In this document: positions 11,567 to 22,999 of the stretch, in pieces
How positions within the stretch are numbered: position 1 is the stretch's first letter
Layout of the letters: the number at the start of each line of letters is the position of its first letter
Assembly: GCA_015680685.1 (NCBI GenBank)
Contig: MNCI01003323.1
Coordinates: 187,538 to 251,537, forward strand
Length of the DNA: 64,000 bases
Source of the DNA: Gnetum montanum
Taxonomy: Eukaryota > Plantae > Gnetophyta
Reading direction: 5' to 3'
The notes under the pieces: model-generated
Database searches by the model: none
Told to the model about the DNA's origin: nothing
The model's input: only the letters and a program-made list of their open reading frames with translations
Position numbers and translations under genes: made by a program

Positions 11567-13071
11567 TAAAACACCGTGAAAATTTCAAGGCCTCAATGGT
11601 TCAGCAAAATCCTACAACTCAGACAAGGATTTGCGACAAGTCACGGCTTAGCAAGTTCCCTTATCGACTAAGGGTATGTTCTGCCATGCTACACAGTGCA
11701 ACGTAATAAGCTCCAGAGGACAGAACAAGACAAGGGATGCACGACAGCAAACTTTCAACTTTGCAAGTTTTCTATGTCCCGAAAATCTTAACTTTTGGCA
11801 TATTACGCTGCATTATGCAACATAGCGTAACGTCGCATAACACAGTGTAATGCCAGAAGGTAGTCCATCGCAACATTAAATATGGCAAAATATTGAGACT
11901 TAAGCAACGATCTGCAGCATGCCGCATATTTCAGCAAGTTTTCTTTTTCGGTTAAGGGCCATATTACGCTGCAATACGCAGTGTAGCGTAATAAACCCTG
12001 GAAGGATTGAACAGAAACAAAGAAAAGCGCGGTGACAACACTTCAATTTTTTGCAGGTTCGCTATTTTACGCTGAATTGCGCTATGCAGTGTGTTCTAAC
12101 ATGATGCAGCGTAATACAAGAAATGACAAAGATAGTGCAATTTAGGTATCAATAGTTTATACGCCATAATACGCTCTCTAGCGTAATGTAATGTAATCAA
12201 AGAATAGTTTGTTGCCAAAGCTCCGGCAAAAGTGGTTTATGACGCATTACGCTTCAGAGCGTAATGTAGCGTGGCGCTGCAAGCTTCAAACACAAACACA
12301 CCAAATCAATGGCATCTTGTAGGTTCAGGACACGTGTCATCTAAACCGCGTTTTTCTCCTAACCCTAACCTTATAAATATTCCAGTCAACAAAGATTAAA
12401 GGGTTGGCAAAAATTTCTCTGGATAGGAAAATTTTCTCCGTGAGCAATTCTCTTTCGTTGGCAATTGTTGACAACTTTTGGAAAAGATTGACGAGAGGGC
12501 AAAAGAAGACCAGCGACTGTAAGAATATCAGAGGTGATTGGAAAGAATCCTTGATCAAAAATAGCCGGTTAACGGATACTCTACCTCAGGTTTGATTTTC
12601 CTTGTGCCCAGATTGGCTAGAACAAGGTAGATCGACCTTTGCTTGTTTTATCTTTAAATAGCTTTCTTGATGTTGGCACGTGCTTCGTCTAAACCGAAGT
12701 CTGCCTATAATCTTTGTATCCAAAATATTTTATTCATAAGTTACATCCCAGATCTTGGGATTGCATGTTCTCTAAATCCAATTTCCTATGTCCTATCTAT
12801 ACAAATTTTAAAATTGCTTTAAATAGATTACATCATTTTCAATTACCTTCGAGTTTAACGATATTATATCTTCTCATAAAAATCACCATTTTTCCATCCA
12901 ATTATCACAAAAATTTTACAAATTAAGTAAGTCCCTGTCTGATCGATAAGCCCATTCAGGCGACCTCGGATTCGTCTTCTCCAGCACAGCCCTCTCACAA
13001 ATTCGGGGTTGGAACTGTGTACACGGACTTCCGCTCGGTATTTCCAGCGATCAACATTATCTGTCATTACA
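11567..13071 (+). repeat. E1 3' LTR (~1.5 kb)
   Basis: Starts T(A)AAACACCG (others start TGAAACACCA). Ends atcaacattatctgtcattaca, which aligns with the LTR ends at 58107 and 24620. Confidence 0.75.
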
Positions 13072-13250
13072 CTAGCAGACCGCTATGCTATTTTATAGTC
13101 ATAGCAATCTATTTATGCCAGTTTTACATCGTAGTGGACCTTGGTGATGCTTTGCCAGTTTAACGTTGTAGCAGACGTTTGCTCATCTTTGCCAGTTTTA
13201 CGTCGTAGCGGATATTTGTTTGCCAGTTTTACATCATAGTAGACGATCTT
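13072..13250 (-). repeat. E2 post-integrase hairpin array, cut by the E1 LTR
   Basis: About 6 units, seen on the plus strand as tgccagttttacrtcgtagyrgac. Confidence 0.8.
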
Positions 13251-13264
13251 ACCATGTTCATGCT

Positions 13265-16200
13265 TTAGATGTAGTACAGCTTGAGATACGAGTGATTCAC
13301 CAAATTTGCAAACTCGTTGTCATCCATATCTACTAGCTTGAAGGCCCCGTTCCCAAAGGCTTTTGTGACCATGTATGGACCTTCCTAGTTTGCTGAGAAT
13401 TTGTTCATCTGCTCATGGACAGCCTTGAGAATGAGGTCTCCCTTCTGTATTGGTCATTGATTTAGATTCACATGATGTTTTTGCTACTACTTATTCTAGT
13501 AACGCTCTATGCGACTCATCGTTTGTGCATGCTCCTCCTCTATTGAGTCGAGGTCAATGATCCTCGACTCGTTGTTCTGGGCTTTGCTCATGACATTTGA
13601 TAAGATCATCCGAAGTGATGGCACCTACAACTCAAGAGGTAACACTACTTCAAATCCATAAATGAGACTGTAAGGTGTCTTACCTATCACAGTTCTGCAT
13701 GTGGTCCTGTAAGCCCACAGCATATAGAGGATTTTCTCATGCCATTGCCTCTTGCTGTTGTTAAGCATTCTTTTCAGCAAGTTGATGATGGACTTATTTG
13801 TAGCCTCAGCTTGTCCATTATCCTACAGGTAATATGGTGAGGAGAATGATTGTTTAATTCCAAGATTGGTGCAGAAGGTTCAGGTTTCCGTACTACTGAA
13901 TTGTGGCCCGTTGTCAATTACAATAGTCATGGGAAGCCCAAACCTTGTTACGATGTTATCCAAGATGAAGTGGCAAATCTACTAAGATGTAGTCTTCCTT
14001 AAGGGGATAGCCTCTACTCACTTAGAGAAATACTTAGTAGTGGTGATGATGAAGCTATGCCCTGCAGAGGACTTAGGTGTGATAGGTCCTATGAGGTCTA
14101 GTCCCTATCGCTGGAAAGGCCATGTAATCTGCGTCGGATGCAGCTCTGTAGGTGAAACATGTATGAGATTTGCATATCGTTGGCACATATCACACGTCTT
14201 GAATTTGGCCAGGAAATCATGCTCCATGTGAGGCTAATAGTACCCTAGACATATGATTTTTTCATCCATAGCCCTAGGTGCTATGTGTCCACCACATAGT
14301 CCCTCATGTACTTCATTAACCACCTTCTGCGCTTGCTCCTCATTTACACATGCCAACAATATTCTTTCATAGGAGTGTCTACATAGTGCATTGTCTCCCA
14401 TGAGCACATATTGCCGAGCATGCTTAGGAATTGCATCTCTCTGGGCAAATGTCAATCCACTTGAGGGCTCGCCATGTTGCAAGTAGGCTTTAATGTTGGC
14501 GTACCACTCCTAGGTATTCGCAGCGCTAATAGAGGCTACATGTACCATTTGAGTGATAGGCTCAGTACACTCGGTAATCAAGGTTAGAAAATTTACGAAC
14601 AAGTGTGATGAAATATTTAACACTAGGATGGCTAGGGCATCTACTATAATGTTTTCGTTACATGGCACATGTTGCACGTCTATAGTTGCAAACTGTTTGA
14701 GTAGGATTTTTGCTAAGTCGCAATAGGATTGTAGGTGTGTAGCTTTGCAGGAGTAGACCTTGGTGATTTGATTCATAACTAGTTGTGAATCTCCGTAAAT
14801 CACCAAGGGTTGTATGCTTAATGCTTGGGCTACTAAAAGCCCCCTAAGTTACCCCTTGTATTCTACCACATTTTTTGTACAAGGGAACGCAAAAAGATAA
14901 GCTAAAGGATGCATTTCCCCAGAGGGGAATGAAATGATAGTAGCCGCACTACCCCCTCGCACTGTCGAGGCATTGTCAAAATGCAAAGTAGCTTCAAGAT
15001 GTGATGGGACAGCCTTGATAGTGCTAACATGCTCATCTGGGAATTTGGGATCTATGATCGCCTGATCGTCGATGGGTGAGATCGTAAGTTGTGTTGCTAT
15101 GGCTTGACCTTTCGTTGATGATTGGCTCACATAATGCAAATCGAATTCTGCTATTATTGCTTTCCACTGGGCTATCCTACTGCTTTCGTATAGATTGTTT
15201 GTGATAGCCCAGAGTATGTTGCTCTTACAAATAATGTTAATTTTTCTACGAAATAGGTAGTGTCTCCACTTCTTCAATGCAAACACTAAGGCAAGGCAGT
15301 TTCTCTCCACCTTATTGTATTTCACTTCATATGCTATCAGTGCATGACTTAGGTAATACATTGGTATCTCAGAACTGTCATCCCATTTCTGACGTAACAG
15401 TGTCACAATAGATGTATCCGAAGTAGTAAGGTAGATGAAGAAAGGCTTGTCCCTCTGTGGTGGGTAAACAGTTGAGAGGTGCAAGAGGTCTTTCTTCAGA
15501 TCATCAAAGGCTTGTTGGCACTGTGGTGTCCATTCGAAGTTAACCCCTTTCTTTAGTAGATGGTGCATGGGATGTAACTTGTCAGTCAATTTTGCTATAA
15601 ACCTTCTGATGAACTATACTCTACCTTGTAACCTACGGAATTCCTTAAGATTTGTAGGTGGCGCCAGGTTAACGATGGCCTTGACTTTGTCAGGGTCCAC
15701 TTGTATTCCAACCTCTGATACTACAAAAACCCTAACATGTGTCCGGTTCTCACCCTGAAGACACATGTTTTAGGATTAAGGCATAAATTGTGCATCTGAA
15801 AACACTTGAGGACTATACCTAGATTGTTGGGATGATCAATGGCTTCTTTAGATTTCACCGTTATATCATCCACGTAGTCATTCAGCGTTTCTAAGATGTA
15901 ATGGCTAATGATGTAAGTCATGGCTCACTGGTAGGTTGCCCTGGCGTTCTTGAGCCCAAAAGGCATCATAGTGTAATAAAAAGTACCCCATGGGGTTATG
16001 AAGGTTGTTGTTAACTGATGCTATGGGTTAATGCGAATTTGGTTGTAGTAGGAGAAACCATCCATGAAGGATAATAGAGCATGACCAGCCATAATGTCAA
16101 TGAGTTGATCAATACTCGGATGTGGGAAATCGTCTTTGATCGTTTCCTTGTTCAGAACTTGGAAGTCTATATAGATTCGTATCCCTCTTGTTTTCTTAGA

Positions 16201-16735
16201 AACTACAATGATGTTAGACACCCATTCCAAGTAATCAACTGCCCGAATGAAACCAGCCTGGTATAGCTTGGTGATTTCATCCCATATGGCCAATGCAGTC
16301 TCTGGTTTAACCTTATGAGCCTTCTGCTTAATCGCTTTCATGCACAGGTCTAAGATGATGTTGTGCTATATCAGCCTTGGATCTAAACCCAGCATGTCAC
16401 TGTATGACCATGTAAAGACTTCAATGTTGTCTTACAAAATTTTGGCTACATCTTTGTGCGTCTACGAATCTAGGAGGGAACTAAGATTCAACGTTTTTAA
16501 CTCCCCCTAGATTTGGTCACAGGCGTCTTGATGAGAGGGTCCTCAGTTGCATCCTAGCCTCTAAATCTAGGGCTTGGACCAAATGTTCAGGCTAGTCTGG
16601 AAATGCTTCTAAGGACACTACAATGCTAACTGTGGGTGATTTCTAGTCTATTAGATCTGGTTTTAGTTGTCTTGCAAGTTTTCCATGTGGACCTGCTAAA
16701 GCTAAAGGTGAAGCGAGATCATGATGGAGTTCCAT
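13265..16735 (-). pseudogene. pol: E2 pol: RT-RH-aRH-INT
   Basis: Starts MELHHDLASPLALAG; LSFMDGFSYYNQI, YVDD, LHFDNAS, GDSQLV, HEGLCGGH. Many stops and frameshifts. Confidence 0.93.
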
Positions 16736-16859
16736 TCGTGCTCAACCTACCAAAATGAGATGAGAGTCTAGTCAAGAGCTACATGTTGGTAGTAATCATG
16801 CATAGTGAAAATTTGCAAAGTAGCAATAAGATGTAATCGGTAAAGTATGATGCAAAGCT

Positions 16860-17150
16860 CAAAATTCACCAGTTTAAAGTCATGGTAGACCGCTAAGACA
16901 TCAAATAAAAAACTGCTAGTGTAAAAGTGCAAAACTACTAATTTAATGTCATTTTAGACTACCTAGATGTAAAATGCAAAACTGCTAGTATAAATAATAG
17001 AAAGTTGCTAATGTAAAGATGTGAAATTGCTAGTTTAATGTCATTGTAGACTACTAACTATATTGAAACTATACACTAGGATTGATAGTTTAAGGTCTTT
17101 TTGGACCACCTAAAATGCAAGATATTTTTATGAAGGCAAATGGCTAGTTT
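16860..17150 (-). repeat. Hairpin-motif copies upstream of E2 pol
   Basis: Minus-strand ggtctaccatgactttaaactgg, agtctacaatgacattaaactagc, ggtccaaaaagaccttaaacta. Confidence 0.65.
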
Positions 17151-17294
17151 GAAGCATGTCAAAGCTTTTCACCCAGGCCCACCTATGTTAATGCGAACAG
17201 TGCTACGATGTCATGGCGAGCATGCTACGCTGCACAGAATACTTTGCATTAAACGGAGAGAGAGAATGACAAGTTTCCTTTTTACCATTATGGC

Positions 17295-17302
17295 TATAAA
17301 TA
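17295..17302 (+). promoter_or_regulatory. TATA box of the E2 antisense gene
   Basis: TATAAATA ~140 nt before the ATG, followed by ggtaaacttgtcatttt. Nearly the same sequence follows the E3 TATATA (51308-51313, minus). Confidence 0.6.
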
Positions 17303-17433
17303 GGGATTAACCCTTGGTAAACTTGTCATTTTCATTGTAACAGTGTAGAGCCCACATTCGGAGCATAGAGTGATTTTGTAAATAAGGAGCAAGATGGTTC
17401 GACGTAGTGACGAAGAAAGAGTTGGCAAGCAAG

Positions 17434-20400
17434 ATGATGGCTCTTAGGAAAAAACGCAAACACCCAGCACTTGCCAAGGTTGATGAAGTGAAAGAAACCC
17501 TAGGGCATGTGACACAAGCATGCATCGCGGTGCATGAGGAGACATCATTGACCCGGTAGGCCGCTATGCTTCCTCTATTTTCTTTCATGCCTCTGTCATT
17601 CATTTTTTTCTTTTCTTGTTTTTGTTCCTATGATTTTGTTTAGCTATCTGTGTATTTTCTGTCATTGTGTTATTTTTGTTTTGGCCCTTACACCATCACT
17701 GTTTCCATTTCAGCTACGGTGGATGCACATATGGTACGCTAAGGTTGCATGTAAGGTTTCCTAGACCGTCGTCGCTACGGCTGTCACTACCATAAAGGCT
17801 TGGATGATTTGAGCCACTTAGCATGCAAATAGCATAGTGTAGGACCCTCAGGAGGGTTTGGCAATCTTTGATGTGATAGTGTAACACATGTTCTATCACG
17901 GCATAATGTTAATCGCTTTGTTAGGGCTAATCACTTTGTCGCTACGCTAAGCTAATCTTGCTACGCTATTGCCTTCATATTTTTTGCTACGCTATACGCA
18001 TGAAGGGAATCATGCTATGCTATCTGCTGACATGCTAGTTTTGCTACACTATGTTTGAACTTTACTCGAACATGCCATTAACATTTGTTGTTATATTGTA
18101 TAGGGTAGTGCTAAGGCCAATCTTGATTTTCCTCGAAATTGTAAGGGTCTTGTGCTGCGTTAGCCAACCAGTGGCCAATGTTCCTCCACCCCATATGCAT
18201 GTGGGATAGCAGGAGGTTTGGTTCTGAGAGGGAGCATAGGAATTCCTACAATTTCTCCTCCAACACTTCAGTGTGATCGTTTGGTCACACCTGGTGGAGG
18301 AGGTAGCAGCCACCATAACAGAAACCCTATTTCCAGGGGCAAATAAGGGTATTTTGAGATTTTTGACAGATGGAGCAATCAATAGCCAGTAGGGAGAAGG
18401 ATTCAATCAGTGCCTCAAAAATTTGAGGCGTTTGGCTTAGATCTGGAAGATGCCTGAGTATAATTGCTACCATCCCTACAACACCTTGTTTATTGCATGT
18501 CACATGGGAATATGCTTCGAAAACCCACCAAGAACCATTTACAGTGTTAGCGAGTGAGTTTTGTAACCATGTTCTGCTACGCAATGTAATGTTTGATACG
18601 CTAGCTAAATGTTAACAGTGTGTTTTTGTTACCAGGTTTTTCATCAACAAGGATGGGCTTCACAGAAATACAGATGTGTTGAACTTAGCATAGATGGTGA
18701 TGCGGGAGTTTTCTTTCACTAAGAATATGCACGCAGGTGTGATAGGCCAATGTGGGGGTGAGTACAAAACCTACCCAACCCCGTATCCCAGACTCTACAA
18801 TAGATGCAAGGAGTCTGGTTGGTTAGATGAGGGATGGGCACCCTTTAAAACGATCGCTGTTGAAGATGTCTTGATTAATATTTTGCCATTCCCATCACCA
18901 TTTAAACCCAGTAAGCTAAACAGTAAGTTACTGCATTTTTGAGTGTCATTGCTATTTTTTCTACTATTGGTGCTTTGCCTAATCTTTTTCCTTTTTTTCT
19001 TTTTTTCCTTTTGTGTTTTTTTTTGTTCTTCTATGTTTTCTATGCAAACTGCTATAGAGGCGAAGAAGTCCTAGGAGGTGACGGTGATTACCTTTAGGAA
19101 CCAAGAGGCCAACATCTACTTCAAGTACGGGAAGGTAGATGAAAGCCAACATTGGATATGCAGTGCAGCCTTAGAATCCCTGACCAAGCACCTTCAAGAT
19201 GTCAGGCTCATGGATTTGTTCCTAGCCCCAAATCCAAGCATCCCCACCACTGAGATGCTTGCCCTGGCAGACTCCTTTTCCAAAAAGGCAGACCGCTTCC
19301 GCACACATGTACACAGCGTGTAGATGGTCCTTGAGATCAACGACCAACTATTCATGGACCTTTTTGGTGTCCCTACTAATGGCATCCCTATAGGGTCAAA
19401 GACCAAGAAAGAGGTGCACCATTAAAGGGAGGACGTTAAGGAGTGGTTAGGGGTTGCAAAAGGGTGAAAGGGGATCCCTATGGAGAAGGTCAGGCTGAGA
19501 GTCACCAAAGAGGTTTACCTTGTCTTCTGTGCTCATGCCTTCCCTCAACTGCTTTCCCAAGAGAAGATCATTGGGATTGAGCAAGCCTGGGTGATGTAGA
19601 AGGTGATGGAACAGGGGGCTCTCTACAACTAGGCTATATATCTATGTAAAGGCTTACAAACTGAAATCGTCGCACTTCATAAGAAGTAGGAGTCTCGCTT
19701 CAATGTGCACTATGCCTTTTACATAGCCTATTTGCGGCATTTTGCGGAGTTTTTAGTAGTCCAGGAGAATGGAGTCTAGATCATGCGAGATCAAAACCAA
19801 ATTTCCAAACTATGGATCTTCCAAATCCTCCAGACCACCCAAGCCCAAGACCCCCCAGAAGCTATTATGGAGTTATTTTCTATGATGACTAGGGATCGAG
19901 TGGCCCGTAACTTTTGTGGCCAAGACAACATGGGAGAGGTTCCCCCTACTACTATAGGTAGCATATCACAAGGGAAATGTCTCATTGCTGAGACAGTGGC
20001 CACTAAGTTGTAGTGAAAGAGGCCTTCTTCAGCTGAGGAGACCCTCTGTACAGAAGAAGAGGACGGGTAGACACTGTGGTTTAAGCTACGAAGGCCACAG
20101 CTTCCCATTAGTAAATGCTCTTTTCTATGTTTATCTTTTCACCTCTTAACTAAATGCTTGCTATGTTGTGCTACGCTAGATAGCGTAGCATAGCATAGCA
20201 CCTACTTTAACTAACATGGTTTAAGCTAAAATTTAAATATGTTTTTTTTGTTACTGCCAGAAGAAAAAGAAGAAGAAGAAGAAGGTGACGAAGAGGTATC
20301 AGCCCCCAAGATGGGGGCGATAAATAAAAACATGAAGGTCCCAGTCTCAGAGGAAAGGGCCTTGGTCAAGAGGGAAGGAGCTCCTATCACTAACGAAGGG

Positions 20401-22097
20401 GCTCTTGTTTTCAATGAAAATCCTTCTACTAATGAGGAGGACATTTTTGGAGACAAAGAGGAGTCTCCTATGGATGAAGAGGATGTTGGTACCTCAAAAG
20501 AAAAGGCCCCAGCAAATAAAGAAGAAGCCCACATCGACCTGGAAGGGACTTCTACTGAAAATCCCTTTACCGAACATAGTTTAGCATCAGGGGAGAAGAC
20601 GAATGCTAAAGGTGCTACTATAGTTTTGAGTTAGAAAGGAGGGGAGCTGAAATTAGATGTTGATGAGCTTGACAATATATTCGATGATGTGTCGATGGGT
20701 GATCCCCCGTTATCACCCTTGAGGGTTTACTGGGTAGGAGCCCTTATATTGTCATTTTCTTTACCCACAGCCTTATCATAGTTCACCTCAGTCATTCCTG
20801 ACATGTTTGGTTGCATGATAGACACCGTTGTTAATGCTGCAGGAGCTTCTCTGATTCGTGTGAAACCATGGGCCGAGATCCCCAACAAGCTTACCTTCAT
20901 GCAAAGGGTTGTCAACGACATGATCGGCCATCTCAGACAGGTCGATCCTAAAGCGGGTAAGTAAAGTAGCTACACTAGGCTCTTTAATGTTGCTACGCTA
21001 GATGTCTTGAGCTGCTAGCTTTGCTACGCTAATGTGATTGATGCGCTCTTTGCGTGGTTACAGCCTCTTGACTCAAATGGGACCCAAAACAGGCATTGAA
21101 AGTTGGCATCGTGCTTACATTCCTGCCCGAAGTAGCTAAGGTGCCTTGTCACATATACAACGAGGCTAGAAGATGCGCTTTGGACTCAGCATGCTCCTTG
21201 TGGAAGTGTAGGCACGTCAATGAGGACCTATGGAAATGGGTCCAGAAGGCTGAGAAAGAGAAGGCTGAACTGAGCGTTCAAATGGGAGACCTCCGATCTA
21301 GTACACGTTTGTCCTGGCTCGTGATACCAATGATGGCAGTTGGCGCATGGCTATCATAGATTATGCTAGATACTAGACAATCGTGTGGTGCAACAACAAG
21401 GCCACCAGGGAAATAATAGAACAGCTAATGTAGATGGACTTGTTGGCCTAGAAGAACTAAGACTGGAAAGATTATAGTACCAAAGTTTACGAGTGGGGGC
21501 AGTCCTAGAAAAATCATAAACATATGTATAAACTATAATGTGCCACCTACTGCAAACTATATAGGGATGCTTTAGTGAAGGTGTTTACCTATGAAGCATT
21601 CATGAATGCCATTGGCACTTTTGAGGCTTACAACAAGTTCATGGAGCAGATAAAGGTCAGTGAATCTCCTAAACAGGAAGTGGATCTTCCCACAGGTGAG
21701 ATCGCTACCGCCTCCTTTTCTCTGGGACAGCCAAGATGGACGATGGTCAGAAAGGAGAAAGCTCCTGTAGATGCTGAACCAAGCGATTAGCATTGGGCAA
21801 ATATCATGGAGAAGGAGGTCTGGCACCACCTTGGGCTTAGTTTAGATCACATACCCTTCGATATACACACAAGGCCATCTCAGGTTAGTCACTTTCTATT
21901 GTGTTAATGCTTATGCTCTATTCTAGCTTTCATGTGTTTCTCTAGTTGACTACTTCACTTTTACAATGTAGGTTCCAGATGAAGATGCAGGGCCCACAGA
22001 GGGCAGAAATGAAAAGGCAGCAAGGAGCAATGTAGAGGAAGGTGATGCAGAAGGGAATGATGTGGGCAAAGATGATGTGAGTGAAGACAACCCATGA
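17434..22097 (+). pseudogene. E2 antisense multi-exon accessory gene (HAD-like, PMD-like, helical/acidic)
   Basis: Exons 17434/7-17555, 18104-18553, 18636-18910, 19058-20110, 20261-~20730, 20771-20956, 21064-21883, 21972-22097. GT-AG borders; the first three introns are in phases 2, 2, 1 and splice in frame. Confidence 0.88.
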
Positions 22098-22269
22098 CAG
22101 CATGGGGTTTTTGAAATTTTGAATTTTTTGTAAAATTTTTGCAAACATTGTTTAAGTGACAAAACTTTTTAATGAAAAAGGAGAATTTTGGAAAAGGCAT
22201 TGGTTCTATGCTAACTTATGCATTGTTTATGTGATGAATTTTATGTTATGTTTTCAATTTTGATGTTTT

Positions 22270-22450
22270 AATTTTAGGTCATTTCAGGCCCTTGCTAGTT
22301 TTAAGCCATTTCGGGACATCGCTAGTTTTAGGGCATTTCAAGCCATGGCGTGGTGGCATAGTTTTAGGCCATTTTGGGCCATGGTGGGGTAGCATAATTT
22401 TAGGTCATTTCAAGGCATGGGATAGTTTTAGGCCATTTCAGGCCATCGCA
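22270..22450 (-). repeat. E2 hairpin array downstream of gag-PR
   Basis: About 6 units, seen on the plus strand as tagttttaggccatttcaggcc. Confidence 0.8.
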
Positions 22451-22578
22451 TGGTAAAGGAATGATATGCTAATGATTTAGAGGACGACTAATTAGTACCT
22501 AGCATAGATGGATGGATGCAAAACAAAAAGGTAATAGATGTACAAAGGATGGTGACTGGGCAAGAAGCAGTGGAGTTG

Positions 22579-22995
22579 CTACGCTATGCGTAACTACTTC
22601 TTGACCCATCGTGGATTAGGCGAGGCATAAGGCCGAGGCGCTTTGCCAGGGCCTTCATCTATATGATTGTCCCCCACTTGGAAGGGCAATTCAGCCCACA
22701 TGTTTTCACTTTCTAAATCGGCATGCTAAGCTGGTTCTCTTGCTAAATAGTTAGTAAGTATGGAGACAGGTGCTTCATTCTCAGAGGTTTACAACCTCTG
22801 AGCCCTACTCCATCTCTACGTTATTGATAGCTTATGTCGCTACCTCATCACCATGGATCACCACCTCCCTGCTTGCATAGGATAGATGGATCTCCTGATG
22901 AATGGGTGAAGAGACAGCCCTAAGTTGCGCGAACCATGACCTCCCCAAGATCAATTTAAACCCAAGCATCTCTTCAACCACGATGAACATCAAGT
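22579..22995 (-). pseudogene. E2 protease C-terminal remnant
   Basis: FKLILGRSWFAQLRAVSSPIHQEIHL; WAELPFQ; PYASPNPRWVKK*LRIA*. Confidence 0.85.
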
Positions 22996-22999
22996 GTGC

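Larger units (their letters stand above)
1..13071 (+). mobile_element. E1: Tat-clade Ty3/Gypsy LTR retrotransposon with split gag-PR / RT-RH-aRH-INT; 5' part lies upstream of the window
   Basis: Order is gag-PR, antisense gene, pol, repeat array, PPT, 3' LTR. Most intact copy (ORF pieces of 274, 423 and 171 aa). Confidence 0.9.

Noticed and set aside
17713-17733. 20-nt mini-exon (cag|...|gtacgc) in E2 intron 1
   Set aside because: It would break the frame; exon 1 joins exon 2 in frame without it in both E1 and E2.
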